64,000 nt of DNA from Longimicrobiales bacterium (GCA_965204735.1 OZ242008.1:320001-384000); one strand, 5' to 3'; positions 39,233-52,922 are shown, numbered from the stretch's first letter. Translations and numbers: made by a program. The notes: generated by a model not told the origin, from the sequence alone.

Positions 39233-42200
39233 ATGGGAGTCGCCGGCCCGGTCCCGGCCGCGAGCACGGCGGAGCTCCTGGGCAGGTCTCGCCAGGAGCT
39301 GCTGGACCTGACCCTGCGCAACCCGCTGCTCTCGTTCCGGTCCCTGAAGGCGAAGGGCGTCGACGTCGTCGACGAGCTCCCCTGGGAAGTCTTCCGAATG
39401 CTGGTCGGCGAAGAGAAGTCGATGTACTTCGAGGCTGCGCCGGAACCCGACTCCGCCGCGTCCGAGTCCGAAGCCCAAGCCGAGGGCGACGACCCCCCGC
39501 CGGAGCTGCTGGCGCTGATGGCCGAGTCCCCGCCGAACGGCGACGGCCCCGCGGACCGGCACGTGGACAACCGGCTCCAGACGGCTCACGACTCGGTCCG
39601 GCTGGAGGTGAGGCTGCGCAACACCATGCGCCACGCGGCGTCTTCGATCGAAGAGCAGGGCGTCAACATCCTCTACTTGGCGCTGGGGATGCTGGAGTGG
39701 TACGAATCCGAGGCAAGCGAGACCGCCCGGTCGGCGCCGCTGGTTCTCGTGCCCGTGGAGCTTTCGCGCGCAACCGCCCGGGCGCGCTTGAAGGTGCAGT
39801 GGACCGGCGAGGAGGTGGGCGCCAACCTCTCCCTTGCGACCAAGCTCATGGGCGACTTCGACGTCGCGCTGCCGCACTTCGAGGACGGCGAAGAGCTGGA
39901 CGTGGCGGAGTACTTCCGGCAGGTCGGCGAGGCCGTTGCCCACAAAGACCGCTGGAGCGTGGACGACCGAGCCGTGCGACTGGGCTTCTTCTCCTTCAGC
40001 AAGCTGCTGATCTACCAGGACTTGGACCCCGCCGTGTGGCCGGCGGAGGAGGGGCCGGCGGGGCACCCGGTGGTGAAGGCCCTCTACGGCAGCAGCGGCT
40101 TTGCCGAGGACCCGCCTTCGATTTCCGAGGACGACAACCTGGACGACCACTTGGCCGTCGCCGACGTCCACAACGTCCTGGACTCGGACAGCTCCCAGAA
40201 CCTGGCGATCGTGGACGCCCAGAACGGGCGCAACTTGGTCGTGCAGGGACCGCCGGGGACGGGCAAGTCGCAGATGATCACGAACTTGGTCGCCGAGGCC
40301 GTGGCGCGGGGCAAGACCGTGCTCTTCGTGGCGGAGAAGTTGGCCGCCCTCAAGGTGGTGAAGCGCCGACTGGACAGCGTGCACGTGGGCGACGCCTGCC
40401 TGGAGCTGCACAGCCATACCGCCAACAAGCGCACTCTGCTGGACGAGCTGCGACGCACGATGGCGCTGGGCGAGCCCCGCCTGGAGGACCCCGCCGGCGA
40501 CCGGGCGCTGCTCGAGGACCGGCGGAAGCGACTGAACGACTACTCCCGGGCGGTCAACGAGCCCGTCGGCGAGAGCGGTCTCTCTCCCAACGAGCTGATC
40601 GGCAAGCTGGCGCTCGCCGAAGGCCGCGCCGCGCCCCGGCTCCAGCGGCCCCGGCTCCAGGTCGCGGACGCCGCTTCTTGGCGCCGCGAGGACTTCCTGG
40701 TCGCCGGCGAGACGGTGCGCGAAGCCCAGGACCTGGTCGCCGCGGTCGGCGTGCCTCGCGAGCACGTGTACTGGGGGAGCCGGCGCCGACAGTACCTGCC
40801 CACCGACGAGCGGACCGTCTCCGAGAGCTTGGCCGCGTCCACGGCGTCGCTGAAACGGCACCGGCAGGACGTCGCCGCCCTCCGCGGCCTCGTGGACGCC
40901 GACGTGGAGGCCGAGACGGCCGCCCAAGTCGAAGCCTTCTTGCTCGCGGCGAGGCGCGTCGTGCAGGCGCCCGACTTGTGCGGCGCGGACCACCGAAGCC
41001 CGGAGTGGACGGCCCAGGCCGAGAGCGTGCAGGAGGTGGTCGCCCACCTCCGGGAGCTGGCCGGCCTCCGGTCCAGGTACGCCCCCGTCCTGATCCCGGA
41101 AGCGTGGGACGCCAACGTCCTTTCCTGCCGCCAGGCCGTGGCGGCCTACGGCGGCAAGTGGTGGCGCAGCCTCTCGGGGCGGTACCGAAGAGCCAGCAGC
41201 GAGCTTCTCGGCATGTGCAGGAGCGACGCGCCCCGGAGCCCGAAGGAGCAGCTGGCCGTCCTGGACGCCATCCTTCGCGCCAAGCGGCTCCGAAGCGGCG
41301 TCGACCGGGTGCGGGAGTTGGTCGGCGGGCTCTTTCCCGGTCATCGCTTGGGCGACCTGGCGGCGGGCGACGTGGCGGCGGGCGACCCAGGACGCTGGAA
41401 CGCGCTCTGCCAGGCCGCCGAGTGGCTCCTTGTCCTGCACCGCGATGCAGGAACGGGAAAGGTGTCGCGCGTCGCGCTGGACCTGCTGGACACGCCCGTC
41501 GCGCGCGGCCCCTTGGAGGCCGCCGAAAGGGCTTGCCGGGAGTCCGCAAAGACGCTGGCCGACTCGCTGGCCGCCCTGTCGCAGGTTCTGGAGTGGGACG
41601 GAGAGCGGCGTGCGCCGGACGCCGACCCCCTGGACCGCGGCTTCCGCGAGCTGGAGCGCTGGCTGGAAGACGCCGCCCGTCGCCCCGGCGCGTTGCAGGA
41701 AGTGGCCCGGTTCAACCAGGTCGCCGCCCGACTTGCGGAGTCCGGCTTGGAGAGCGTCGCGGAGGCGGCCGCCTCGTGGCCTGGCGCGGGCCGGCGCCTG
41801 GTCGGCCTTTACGAGCGCCGCTTCTACCGGGCTTGGCTGGAGCGCGCGTTTCAGGAACGCCCGATCCTGGCGGAGTTCGACGGGGGCACCCACGAAGGGA
41901 TCGTCGAGCGCTTCCGGCGGCTGGACTCCGACAGGCTCCTGCACAACCAAGCGCTGGTCGCCAAGCTCCACTGGGATCGCGTTCCCCGAAGCCGCGGCGG
42001 CGGCCAGCTGGCGGTGCTGAGGCGCGAGTTCGAGAAGAAGCGCCGCCACCTGCCCGTGCGCAAGCTCATGACCAGGGCGGGAAACGCCATCCAGGGCATC
42101 AAGCCGGTCTTCATGATGAGCCCTCTCTCGATCGCGAAGTACGTTCCGCCGGGGTCGCTGCGCTTCGACATGGTGATCTTCGACGAGGCCAGCCAGGTGC

Positions 42201-44125
42201 GCCCGGTGGACGCCATGGGTGCCATCATGCGGGGGCGGCAGACGGTGGTCGTGGGAGACAGCAAGCAGCTCCCGCCCACCACCTTCTTCGACCGGGCGGT
42301 TGAGGAAGGCGACGGCGAGCAATCCCACACGGCCGACCTGGAGAGCATTCTGGGCATGTTCTGCGCCCAGGGAGCGCCCGAACGGATGCTGCGCTGGCAC
42401 TACCGAAGCCGCCACGAATCGCTGATCGCCGTCTCCAACCACGAGTTCTACGACAGCCGGCTGGTGGTCTTCCCCAGCCCCGACCGAGGCCGCGAGGACA
42501 CGGGAGTCGCCTTCCGCCACGCCCCCGAGGCGCACTACAAGCGGGGCAAGGGCGGGCGCGTCAACCCCGACGAAGCGCGGGCGGTGGCCCGCGCCGTCAT
42601 GGAGCATGCCGCCGCCCGGCCGGACTTCACCCTGGGCGTCGCGGCCTTCAGCTTGGCCCAAGCCCGGCGAATCGAGGACGAGGTGGAGATCCTGCGGCGG
42701 AAGGACCCGTCGATCGAGGCGTTCTTCCAGAGCCATCCGCAGGAGCCGTTCTTCGTGAAGAACCTGGAGAACGTCCAGGGAGACGAGCGGGACGTGATCC
42801 TCATCAGCGTGGGCTACGGCAAGACCGAAGGGGGCCACTTGCCCATGAACTTCGGGCCCCTCAACCGCGAGGGAGGCGAACGGCGGCTCAACGTCCTGAT
42901 CACGAGGGCGCGGCGCCGCTGCGTGGTGCACTGCAACTTCGTCGCCGCGGACCTGGACCTGCGGCGATCCGACGCCCGGGGCGTGGACGCCCTCAAGACG
43001 TACCTGAAGTACGCCGAGACGGGCCGGCTGGAGGCGCCCAAGGCGACGGGCCGCGACGCGGACTCGCCCTTCGAGGAGGCGGTGGCGGCGGCGCTGCGGT
43101 CCAAGGGACACGACGTGGAGCACCAAGTGGGTTCGGCCGGTTTCCGAATCGACTTGGCGGTGGTGGACCCCCAGAGGCCCGGCCGCTACCTGCTGGGAAT
43201 CGAGTGCGACGGGGCAGCCTACCACAGCGCCCGCTCCGCCCGCGACCGAGACCGCCTCCGGCAGCAGGTGCTGGAAGGCCTCGGCTGGACGATCCACCGG
43301 ATATGGAGCACCGACTGGTTCCGGTACCCGGATCGCGAGGTCGCCAAGACCGAGGACGCGATCCGCCGGGCGGCGACGCTGGCGGGCACCGGCCCCGGCA
43401 CCGGTGGCCGCGCGCGTCCGGCGGCGCTCCGTGGCGAGGCAGGCCGGGAAGCCGAAGAGTCCGACGCCGGGAGCGCAGCCGTCGCGAGCCGGAGCGCCCC
43501 GACCTTGGAGCGCGCCGCCGCGCCGCCCGAGCCCGACACGACGGTTGCCGCCGCCGATCCCTACCGCCTTGCGGAACCGACGGTGCGCCTGGGCGGCTGG
43601 GAGCTTCACGAGGCGCCGGTGTGGCAGGCGCTCGAGTGGGTGGCGGAGGTCGTGGAAGTCGAGAGTCCTGTGCACGAGGCGGAGGCGGCCGCCCGAGTGG
43701 TTGCGGCGGTGGGGGTTCGGAGGGTGGGCCGCCGCATTCGGGACCGGATGTCGGAAGCGGCGACGCTGGGCGTCCGCCAGGGCAAGCTGGTGCGCCGGGG
43801 GTCGTTTCTGTGGCGCCCGGAACACGAGAGGGCGAAGGTCCGCGGCCGAGCGGAGCTGCCGGCTTCGCACAAGCTCCGGAATCCGGAGATGATCGCGCCG
43901 GAGGAGATGGGCGCCGCGCTGGTGCAAGTGATCGAAGTCAGCTACGGCATCTCCCGCGACGAGGCCGTGGCGGAGGCGTGCAAGCTCATGGGGTTTCGGC
44001 GCACGGGCGCCAAGCTTGCCGAAGCGTTTGCCGAAGTGCTAGGCTTGTTGATCGAAGAAGGAGAGGTGCAGGAAAGGGAGTCGTTCCTGCACGCGCCGAA
44101 ACGACGGGAGAGCGAACCGACGTGA
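39233..44125 (+). CDS. DUF4011 - SF1 helicase - Vsr/MTES_1575-like nuclease - DUF3320 protein (Hhe-like)
   Basis: LLDLTLRNPLL, EEQGVNILYLALG, QGPPGTGKSQ, IFDEASQ, VGDSKQLPP, HYRSRHESLI, VQGDERD, RRLNVLITRAR, IECDG..YH and LGWTIHRIWSTDW motifs. Confidence 0.9.
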   Translation: MGVAGPVPAASTAELLGRSRQELLDLTLRNPLLSFRSLKAKGVDVVDELPWEVFRMLVGEEKSMYFEAAPEPDSAASESEAQAEGDDPPPELLALMAESPPNGDGPADRHVDNRLQTAHDSVRLEVRLRNTMRHAASSIEEQGVNILYLALGMLEWYESEASETARSAPLVLVPVELSRATARARLKVQWTGEEVGANLSLATKLMGDFDVALPHFEDGEELDVAEYFRQVGEAVAHKDRWSVDDRAVRLGFFSFSKLLIYQDLDPAVWPAEEGPAGHPVVKALYGSSGFAEDPPSISEDDNLDDHLAVADVHNVLDSDSSQNLAIVDAQNGRNLVVQGPPGTGKSQMITNLVAEAVARGKTVLFVAEKLAALKVVKRRLDSVHVGDACLELHSHTANKRTLLDELRRTMALGEPRLEDPAGDRALLEDRRKRLNDYSRAVNEPVGESGLSPNELIGKLALAEGRAAPRLQRPRLQVADAASWRREDFLVAGETVREAQDLVAAVGVPREHVYWGSRRRQYLPTDERTVSESLAASTASLKRHRQDVAALRGLVDADVEAETAAQVEAFLLAARRVVQAPDLCGADHRSPEWTAQAESVQEVVAHLRELAGLRSRYAPVLIPEAWDANVLSCRQAVAAYGGKWWRSLSGRYRRASSELLGMCRSDAPRSPKEQLAVLDAILRAKRLRSGVDRVRELVGGLFPGHRLGDLAAGDVAAGDPGRWNALCQAAEWLLVLHRDAGTGKVSRVALDLLDTPVARGPLEAAERACRESAKTLADSLAALSQVLEWDGERRAPDADPLDRGFRELERWLEDAARRPGALQEVARFNQVAARLAESGLESVAEAAASWPGAGRRLVGLYERRFYRAWLERAFQERPILAEFDGGTHEGIVERFRRLDSDRLLHNQALVAKLHWDRVPRSRGGGQLAVLRREFEKKRRHLPVRKLMTRAGNAIQGIKPVFMMSPLSIAKYVPPGSLRFDMVIFDEASQVRPVDAMGAIMRGRQTVVVGDSKQLPPTTFFDRAVEEGDGEQSHTADLESILGMFCAQGAPERMLRWHYRSRHESLIAVSNHEFYDSRLVVFPSPDRGREDTGVAFRHAPEAHYKRGKGGRVNPDEARAVARAVMEHAAARPDFTLGVAAFSLAQARRIEDEVEILRRKDPSIEAFFQSHPQEPFFVKNLENVQGDERDVILISVGYGKTEGGHLPMNFGPLNREGGERRLNVLITRARRRCVVHCNFVAADLDLRRSDARGVDALKTYLKYAETGRLEAPKATGRDADSPFEEAVAAALRSKGHDVEHQVGSAGFRIDLAVVDPQRPGRYLLGIECDGAAYHSARSARDRDRLRQQVLEGLGWTIHRIWSTDWFRYPDREVAKTEDAIRRAATLAGTGPGTGGRARPAALRGEAGREAEESDAGSAAVASRSAPTLERAAAPPEPDTTVAAADPYRLAEPTVRLGGWELHEAPVWQALEWVAEVVEVESPVHEAEAAARVVAAVGVRRVGRRIRDRMSEAATLGVRQGKLVRRGSFLWRPEHERAKVRGRAELPASHKLRNPEMIAPEEMGAALVQVIEVSYGISRDEAVAEACKLMGFRRTGAKLAEAFAEVLGLLIEEGEVQERESFLHAPKRRESEPT

Positions 44126-45186
44126 CGAGGATGCCCCGGAAGCCAGTCGGAGCGCTGGTGGTGGGAGTGCTCGCGGCGACGTGCAACGTCCCGACGGACG
44201 CGCCGATCATCGACACTCGGTGGCTGTTCGAGGTCCACTCCACCACGATCGGAGTGGAAGGGCTGCTGCCCGACAGCGTCTCGATACACGAAGGCGCATT
44301 CGCGGTGGATGCGGCGTCGGTCGAGACGGTCGAGGAGCTGGCGACATTGTGCGACGAGTGCCCCCGCGAGGGCAGAGCCCCGAAGCCGGCCTTCACTGCT
44401 TCCTTCGAGAAGCGGGCGAACCTTCCGTCGGGCCTGACTTCGGGAGAGCTGGCGAGCGGAGGCGTCGAGTTCGCGCTGGTCCACGACTTCGGCTTCGACC
44501 CCCTCCGCCCGCCGGGCGGCGCGCCCGGCTCCCTTGTCGCGACAATGAGGGACGAGGCCCAGGGCCGCGTGCTGGCTCGGCTCGCCATTGACGGCGCCAC
44601 CGATTCGCTGCCTCCTGGCGTGACCTTCGCCAGGACGGTTCTCCTGGAGCCCGGGCCGATCGGCGGCACGCTCTCGATGCGCTTCGAGATCGATTCTCCC
44701 GCCGGTGGCCAAGCCGATTCGCAGTGGGTGTCGGTCGACGCTGGAGACCACGTGCGGGCCACCGCGACCCCGGTGGACGTGCGGCTCTCCGCCGCCCGCA
44801 CCGACGTCCTGGGACGGACGGCGAGCCTTGATCCGTCGGAAGTGGACGTGGCGGGCGTGGACCCCGGCATCGTGGACCGGATCCAGTCCGGGGCCTTGGT
44901 GCTCGAGTTCGCCAATGCGTTCGGCGCCGCCCTGGACGCCCGCCTGTACATCCTTCAAGAGGGCGACACGGTCGTGTCCAAGCCGTTCAAGGTTTCGGAC
45001 GGACCGAACTCCACCACGTCGCTGGATCTGACCGCCGACGAGTTCCGCGCCTTCCTCGGCAAGCCCGACGTGATGCTCACGGGTACCGGGCTCGTCACCG
45101 CGCCAGCCGGCGGGATCGTCGTGACTCCCGCCATGGAAGTGCAGATCGACGGCAAGATCGACCTTGTCCTGCGAGTCGGGAGCTGA
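44122..45186 (+). CDS. exported beta-rich lipoprotein
   Basis: GTG overlapping the helicase stop (alternative ATG 44131); VLAATC lipobox. Confidence 0.65.
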   Translation: MTRMPRKPVGALVVGVLAATCNVPTDAPIIDTRWLFEVHSTTIGVEGLLPDSVSIHEGAFAVDAASVETVEELATLCDECPREGRAPKPAFTASFEKRANLPSGLTSGELASGGVEFALVHDFGFDPLRPPGGAPGSLVATMRDEAQGRVLARLAIDGATDSLPPGVTFARTVLLEPGPIGGTLSMRFEIDSPAGGQADSQWVSVDAGDHVRATATPVDVRLSAARTDVLGRTASLDPSEVDVAGVDPGIVDRIQSGALVLEFANAFGAALDARLYILQEGDTVVSKPFKVSDGPNSTTSLDLTADEFRAFLGKPDVMLTGTGLVTAPAGGIVVTPAMEVQIDGKIDLVLRVGS

Positions 45187-45192
45187 GTCGCC

Positions 45193-46560
45193 GTGAACAA
45201 CGGAAGCGCCCTGCAACGTAAGCGCCTTGGTCGCCTTGCGACCGCGACCCGCCTCGCTCTCCGCAATGTCACGAGCGTTCCGGCGGTCGGCTTGGTCGCG
45301 CTGGCGACGGACCCCGCTCCGGCTCGCGCCCTCGAAGGCGTAGCGGGGTCGCCGCAGCTTGCCGCCGCCACCGTCCGCGCCATGGCCATGGGGGGCGCGG
45401 TCACCTCCTCGGTGCGCGGCTTCGGCGCCGTTGCCGCCAACCCGGCCGGCTTGGGCATGTCGGACGGCCCGGACTTCTCCCTGACGCTCCTTCCGGTGGG
45501 CGTGGTGGACGGGATGGACCCGATCTCCCTCGGCGATATCGCCGTCACGCAGGGCAGGAGCGTCCTTGTCGACACCAAGGACGCGTGGCTGGAGATGGTG
45601 ACCGCCGAGGGCGCCCAGACCGGGCCGATCGGAGGAAGCGTGACCTGGCTTGCGCTCTCGGCAAGGTCGTTCGGCTTTCACCTGTCCACTGTCGCCGCGG
45701 CCGACATGAACTTGCTGCCGGGCGTGGTGGAGTTGGCCCTCTACGGGAACGCAGGCCGCACGGGCTCGCCGACGGACCTTGCCGAGTCGGGCTCGTGGGC
45801 CCAGGGGTGGGCGGTCTCGACTGCTGGCGTCGCCTTCGGGCACCCCTTCGCGGCGGGCGACGGAGAAGCAGCGGTGGGCGCCACGCTCAAGTTCTCCATG
45901 GGCCACGCCGCGGGGTTGATGGACCGAGGCCGGGCGTCCGCATCTTCGTCGCCCCTCGTGGTCGCCACCGAGTTCCCTACGATCTACACCAAGCGCGACG
46001 AAGCGGGGAACGCCGGCCGCGGCTTCGGCCTCGACGTCGGGTTCCAGTTCGCCTCCACCGGCGGCTTGAAGCTTGGGGCCACGGTGCAAAACGTCTTCAA
46101 CACCTTTGCGTGGGACGAAGACAAGCTGGCCTACCGATCCGTGGCGGCGGACCTTCGAGACCGCGAGTTCGACACGAACTTCGCCCCGGTCGCCTTCTCC
46201 CAGGCGCCTGCCGCGCTCCGCGACCGTTGGGACGACCTGACGTTCTCGCCGCGCGTGTCGGCCGGCGCTGCCTACGACGTGGCGGCCAACTTCACCATGT
46301 CCGCGGACGTGCACCGCCGCTTCGGCGGAGGCATGGGCTTGGGCCCGGAGTTCTCCGCCGCGCTCGGCGGCGAGTGGCGCGGCCTCCCGGAGTTGGCCCT
46401 GCAGGCCGGCGGGGCGTTGGTCAGCGGCGGCTTCGAGGTCGGAGGGAGCGCGGTGATCCAGGCCAGGGGATTCAATCTCTCGCTGGCGGGAGGGTTGCGC
46501 CGCGCCGACTCCTCCAGCGCCGTGGTGGGAATGGCGGGAGTCTCCTACGGGGCCAACTGA
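45193..46560 (+). CDS. outer-membrane beta-barrel (FadL/DUF5723-like)
   Basis: RAMAMGGA...NPAGL N-terminal motif, GFGLDVG, and amphipathic strands. Confidence 0.7.
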   Translation: MNNGSALQRKRLGRLATATRLALRNVTSVPAVGLVALATDPAPARALEGVAGSPQLAAATVRAMAMGGAVTSSVRGFGAVAANPAGLGMSDGPDFSLTLLPVGVVDGMDPISLGDIAVTQGRSVLVDTKDAWLEMVTAEGAQTGPIGGSVTWLALSARSFGFHLSTVAAADMNLLPGVVELALYGNAGRTGSPTDLAESGSWAQGWAVSTAGVAFGHPFAAGDGEAAVGATLKFSMGHAAGLMDRGRASASSSPLVVATEFPTIYTKRDEAGNAGRGFGLDVGFQFASTGGLKLGATVQNVFNTFAWDEDKLAYRSVAADLRDREFDTNFAPVAFSQAPAALRDRWDDLTFSPRVSAGAAYDVAANFTMSADVHRRFGGGMGLGPEFSAALGGEWRGLPELALQAGGALVSGGFEVGGSAVIQARGFNLSLAGGLRRADSSSAVVGMAGVSYGAN

Positions 46561-46662
46561 CCAGCGGAAGGCGCACCAGAAGAGCCGGAGGCGCGCACCC
46601 GAAGACCGTCGTCAAGGTCGCCGATGCATGGAGTCCGAGACGGTTGAACAGCCCTGCGGCGG

Positions 46663-47544
46663 CTAAGCCGAGGAGTCCGCCAGCGGGTCGGTGGTGGGCT
46701 TGCGGCGAATCCGTCGCGGTTTCTTGGTGACGGCCTTGGCGGGCACGCCGACGTACACCGTGTCGGGCTTGGTGTTTCGGGTCACCAGGGCGCCGGCGCC
46801 GATCATGGAGTTCTTCGCCAGGGTCGTCCCCGCCAGCACCGTGGCGTGGTAGGCGATCCTGACCCCGTCCCCCACCACGGTTCGAGGCGTGCGCACGTCC
46901 CGTCCTTCGCTGATGTGGTGACTGTGGGAGTAGACGTTCACGTAGTCGGAGACCGACGCCTTGTTTCCCAGTCGGATGCCGCCGCGGTCGTCGAGAAGGA
47001 CGTGTCGGTGGATCACCACGTCGTCGCCGACTTCGAGCCCGTAGCCGAAAGTCATCTTCACGCTGTGGAACGCCTTGAAGTTGCGGCCGCAGCTCCCGAA
47101 TATCCGCTTGGCCAGGATCCGCCGGAACTTCACCCCGAGGTGCACGTTCTCGCCCAGCGGGCTCTTGTCGAACATCTCCCACAGCCATATCAGCGGCTTC
47201 ACCCGGTAGTAGCGCTCCAAGTCGGTCTCTGCGTAGTACTCGGGCTCCAGCGTGATCTTTCGGGGGTCCATCTGATCCAGCAGCACGCGAGCTGCAAGGC
47301 GAGAGGCGGAAACGGCGCGGGCGCCCCCGTCGGGAGGTCCCTCTCCGTCGGTCTCGCCCGCCGGCGCTCCGCCGGGGAAGTAGAGCTCCGTCAGGACTCG
47401 TCTGCAGAACTCGTCTCGGTCGGTGGCCGGGTCGGACAGCTCGTCGTCCAGCAGAGCGATCCACCGATCGTACAGACGCTCCGTCCCTCCGACCAGCGGA
47501 ACCTGGCGCAGGGGGAGAAACCGGTACTCGCTCTTGGACAGCAT
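46663..47544 (-). CDS. hexapeptide-repeat acyltransferase
   Basis: LEVGDDVVIH, IRLGNKASVS, VVGDGVRIAYHATVLAG and YVGVPAK motifs. Confidence 0.88.
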   Translation of the reverse strand: MLSKSEYRFLPLRQVPLVGGTERLYDRWIALLDDELSDPATDRDEFCRRVLTELYFPGGAPAGETDGEGPPDGGARAVSASRLAARVLLDQMDPRKITLEPEYYAETDLERYYRVKPLIWLWEMFDKSPLGENVHLGVKFRRILAKRIFGSCGRNFKAFHSVKMTFGYGLEVGDDVVIHRHVLLDDRGGIRLGNKASVSDYVNVYSHSHHISEGRDVRTPRTVVGDGVRIAYHATVLAGTTLAKNSMIGAGALVTRNTKPDTVYVGVPAKAVTKKPRRIRRKPTTDPLADSSA

Positions 47545-47759
47545 GGCGCTTCGGCTTTCGACGGGGCGGTCGGCTTTCGGCGGGTGCGGTCGCGGGTCGG
47601 CGTCCTGACGGAAGTCCTGTGCAGCTCCTCCAGCCAGCACCCTTGAGAAGTATAACCCCTCGCTCTGGACTGATTCCCGTCCGGGGCGGGACCGTGGCCC
47701 CCGGAGGCTTCGGGCGGCTCGTTCCTTGTGCCGAGGACCTCCATCGGCTTGATTGGACC

Positions 47760-48182
47760 ATGCACGACGTCCTGCGGGCCCGCGTGATGCGGAAGATCGA
47801 GAGCCTCCCGGAGGTCCAGGTGTACCAAGTCCTGGACTACATCGAGTTCCTGGAATCGAAGTACGTCGCCGACGACATGGGGAAGCAGGCGTCGGGGCTT
47901 CAGCGGCTGGCGGAAGGTCTGGAGGACAAGCTCCGGAAGCGGGCGTTCAATCCGTCGAACCTCCGGGAGGCGTTTCAGCTGCTGGCGGCGGCGGACAGGG
48001 CGGTCCGGGGCGTGACCCAAGCGGGGCGCGAGATCCTGGGCACCGCCGAGGCGGCCAAGGAAGGCGATGGTTCGGCCCCGAGGGCCGGCGAACCGCGCCG
48101 CGGAGACGACCCGCGACACGACGCCGGGGACGCGCCTTCGCCCAACACCGGCAAACGCGGACCCCCCAGCGAGATCGGCTGA
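47760..48182 (+). CDS. hypothetical protein (DUF2281-like N-terminus)
   Basis: KIESLPEVQVYQVLDYIEFLESKY. Confidence 0.65.
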   Translation: MHDVLRARVMRKIESLPEVQVYQVLDYIEFLESKYVADDMGKQASGLQRLAEGLEDKLRKRAFNPSNLREAFQLLAAADRAVRGVTQAGREILGTAEAAKEGDGSAPRAGEPRRGDDPRHDAGDAPSPNTGKRGPPSEIG

Positions 48183-51205
<3,023 letters not shown>

Positions 51206-51213
51206 GCCCCCCG

Positions 51214-51753
51214 TCAGGGGCGGCCGGACGCAGGGGACGCCGCCGAGAAACGGCCGGGACCCTCGCGACCGCCTCCGCCTTGCCGTCGCCACTCGCCGCT
51301 TCGCCCGCCCGACTTCTCCACCAGCTCCACCGATTCGATCGTCATCCCCCGGTCCACGGCCTTGAGCATGTCGTAGGCCGCCAGAAGGGCGACGGCGACG
51401 GCGGCCAGGGCTTCCATCTCCACGCCCGTCCGGCCCGCCACCTTCGCGACGGCGGTGACCCGCAGCCCCGGTAGAGACGGGTCGGGCGCCGCGTCCACCT
51501 TCACGCCGACGGCGGGCAGCACGTGACAGAGGGGAATCAGCTCGCCGGCGCGCTTGCCGCCCATGATTCCGGCGATCCGCGCGACCTGCTCCACGTCGCC
51601 CTTGGGGTTCCCGCCCTCGGTCAGCACGCGGTACGCTTCCGGCGAGCAGCGGAGGACGCCCTGGGCGGCCGCGCGACGGCGCGTGGATGTCTTCTCGGTC
51701 ACGTCCACCATGGCGGCCTTGCCGCCCGGGTCCAGGTGGGAAAGGCCGCTCAA
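51214..51753 (-). CDS. moaC: cyclic pyranopterin monophosphate synthase
   Basis: LSHLD..GKAAMVDV, LIPLCH, TGVEMEAL, YDMLKAVD and KSGGRSG motifs. Confidence 0.96.
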   Translation of the reverse strand: MSGLSHLDPGGKAAMVDVTEKTSTRRRAAAQGVLRCSPEAYRVLTEGGNPKGDVEQVARIAGIMGGKRAGELIPLCHVLPAVGVKVDAAPDPSLPGLRVTAVAKVAGRTGVEMEALAAVAVALLAAYDMLKAVDRGMTIESVELVEKSGGRSGEWRRQGGGGREGPGRFSAASPASGRP

Positions 51754-52922
51754 GGGCCGGCGCGTCCCTTCAAGGTTTCCTCCAGGTCCAGCAGCAGGGT
51801 GGAAACCAGAAGCTGCGGGTTCACGTTCCCCAGGGCCAGCATCCGGGCCTCCTCCACGCGGGCGACAGCCTCGGCGGTTCGCTCCACGGTAAGCTCCAGG
51901 CGCCGGGCCGTGTCGCGCAGGAAGCCGGCCTCTTCGCTGTTCACGACCCGGTCCTCGCGTCCCAGCCCCGCCACGCCCAGGTCCCGCACCCACAGCTGCA
52001 GCGCGCTCATGAGCCCCAGGAGCCCCCTGGCGCCTCCGGGACCGAACCCCATCGCCTCGGCGTAGGACGACTCCCTCCGTTCGGCCGTCGCCGCCTTGAG
52101 CAGCGCCAACGCCCGCGCCCGCTGCTCCGACTCGGCGCTTTCCGCTTCCAGGTGCCCGAGCGCCGCGCCGATCGAGCCCTGGGAGAGGTTGGCGGCCCGC
52201 TCCGCTTCCTCTGGCCCCGCGCCCCGCTCCTCTTGCAGGAACGCCGCCACTTCGGCCTGGGGGAGGCGAGGAAGGTGCACGGGCAGCGCCCGCGAGCGGA
52301 TCGTGTCCAGGAGCGCTCCCGGTCGGCTCGAAGTCAGAATGAAGCGGCTGCCGTCCGGCGGTTCCTCGAGCAGCTTGAGGAGGGCGTTGGCGGCTTCCGG
52401 GCTCGCCTCCTGGGGGACGAGGTGCTCCGCGTCCCCAACGACGAAGTACTGCTGGTCGCCCGTCGCCGGCCGCTTGTGGGCCTTCCCGCGGATCGAACGC
52501 ACCGCCGCAAGGTAGATGCCCACGACTTCGGCTCCGCCACCAGGGCGCAGGGGCTGCTCTCGGAGCTCCGCCAGCCTCGCGTGGCGGGCTTCCTCCAGGG
52601 CGTCCGCCAGCCTTGCCGGGTTGGAAGCGCCCTTCGGCCGGGGCAACGGGAAGTACCAGTGGACGTCCGCGTGTTCCAGGCGAAGGGCGGCGCGGCAACT
52701 CTTGCAGGCGTCGCAGGGGCGGGCGTCGCCCGCGCACAGGGCCGTGCGGGCGACCCACAGGGCCAGCGACTGCTTGCCGCACCCGGGGGCGCCGTGGACG
52801 AGGAGCGTGGCCGGCAGGGCGTCGCGCTCCATGGCCCGTCGCAGGGCGTCGCGAAGACCTTCGTGGCCTCGGAAGGCCGGGGGAGACGGGAAGCGCCCGG
52901 CGGGTCCGCCACCGGCGTTCAT
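51750..52922 (-). CDS. holB: DNA polymerase III delta' subunit
   Basis: GAPGCGK, C..PCDACKSC, HADVH, ANALLKLLEEPP and TIRSR motifs. Confidence 0.92.
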   Translation of the reverse strand: MNAGGGPAGRFPSPPAFRGHEGLRDALRRAMERDALPATLLVHGAPGCGKQSLALWVARTALCAGDARPCDACKSCRAALRLEHADVHWYFPLPRPKGASNPARLADALEEARHARLAELREQPLRPGGGAEVVGIYLAAVRSIRGKAHKRPATGDQQYFVVGDAEHLVPQEASPEAANALLKLLEEPPDGSRFILTSSRPGALLDTIRSRALPVHLPRLPQAEVAAFLQEERGAGPEEAERAANLSQGSIGAALGHLEAESAESEQRARALALLKAATAERRESSYAEAMGFGPGGARGLLGLMSALQLWVRDLGVAGLGREDRVVNSEEAGFLRDTARRLELTVERTAEAVARVEEARMLALGNVNPQLLVSTLLLDLEETLKGRAGP

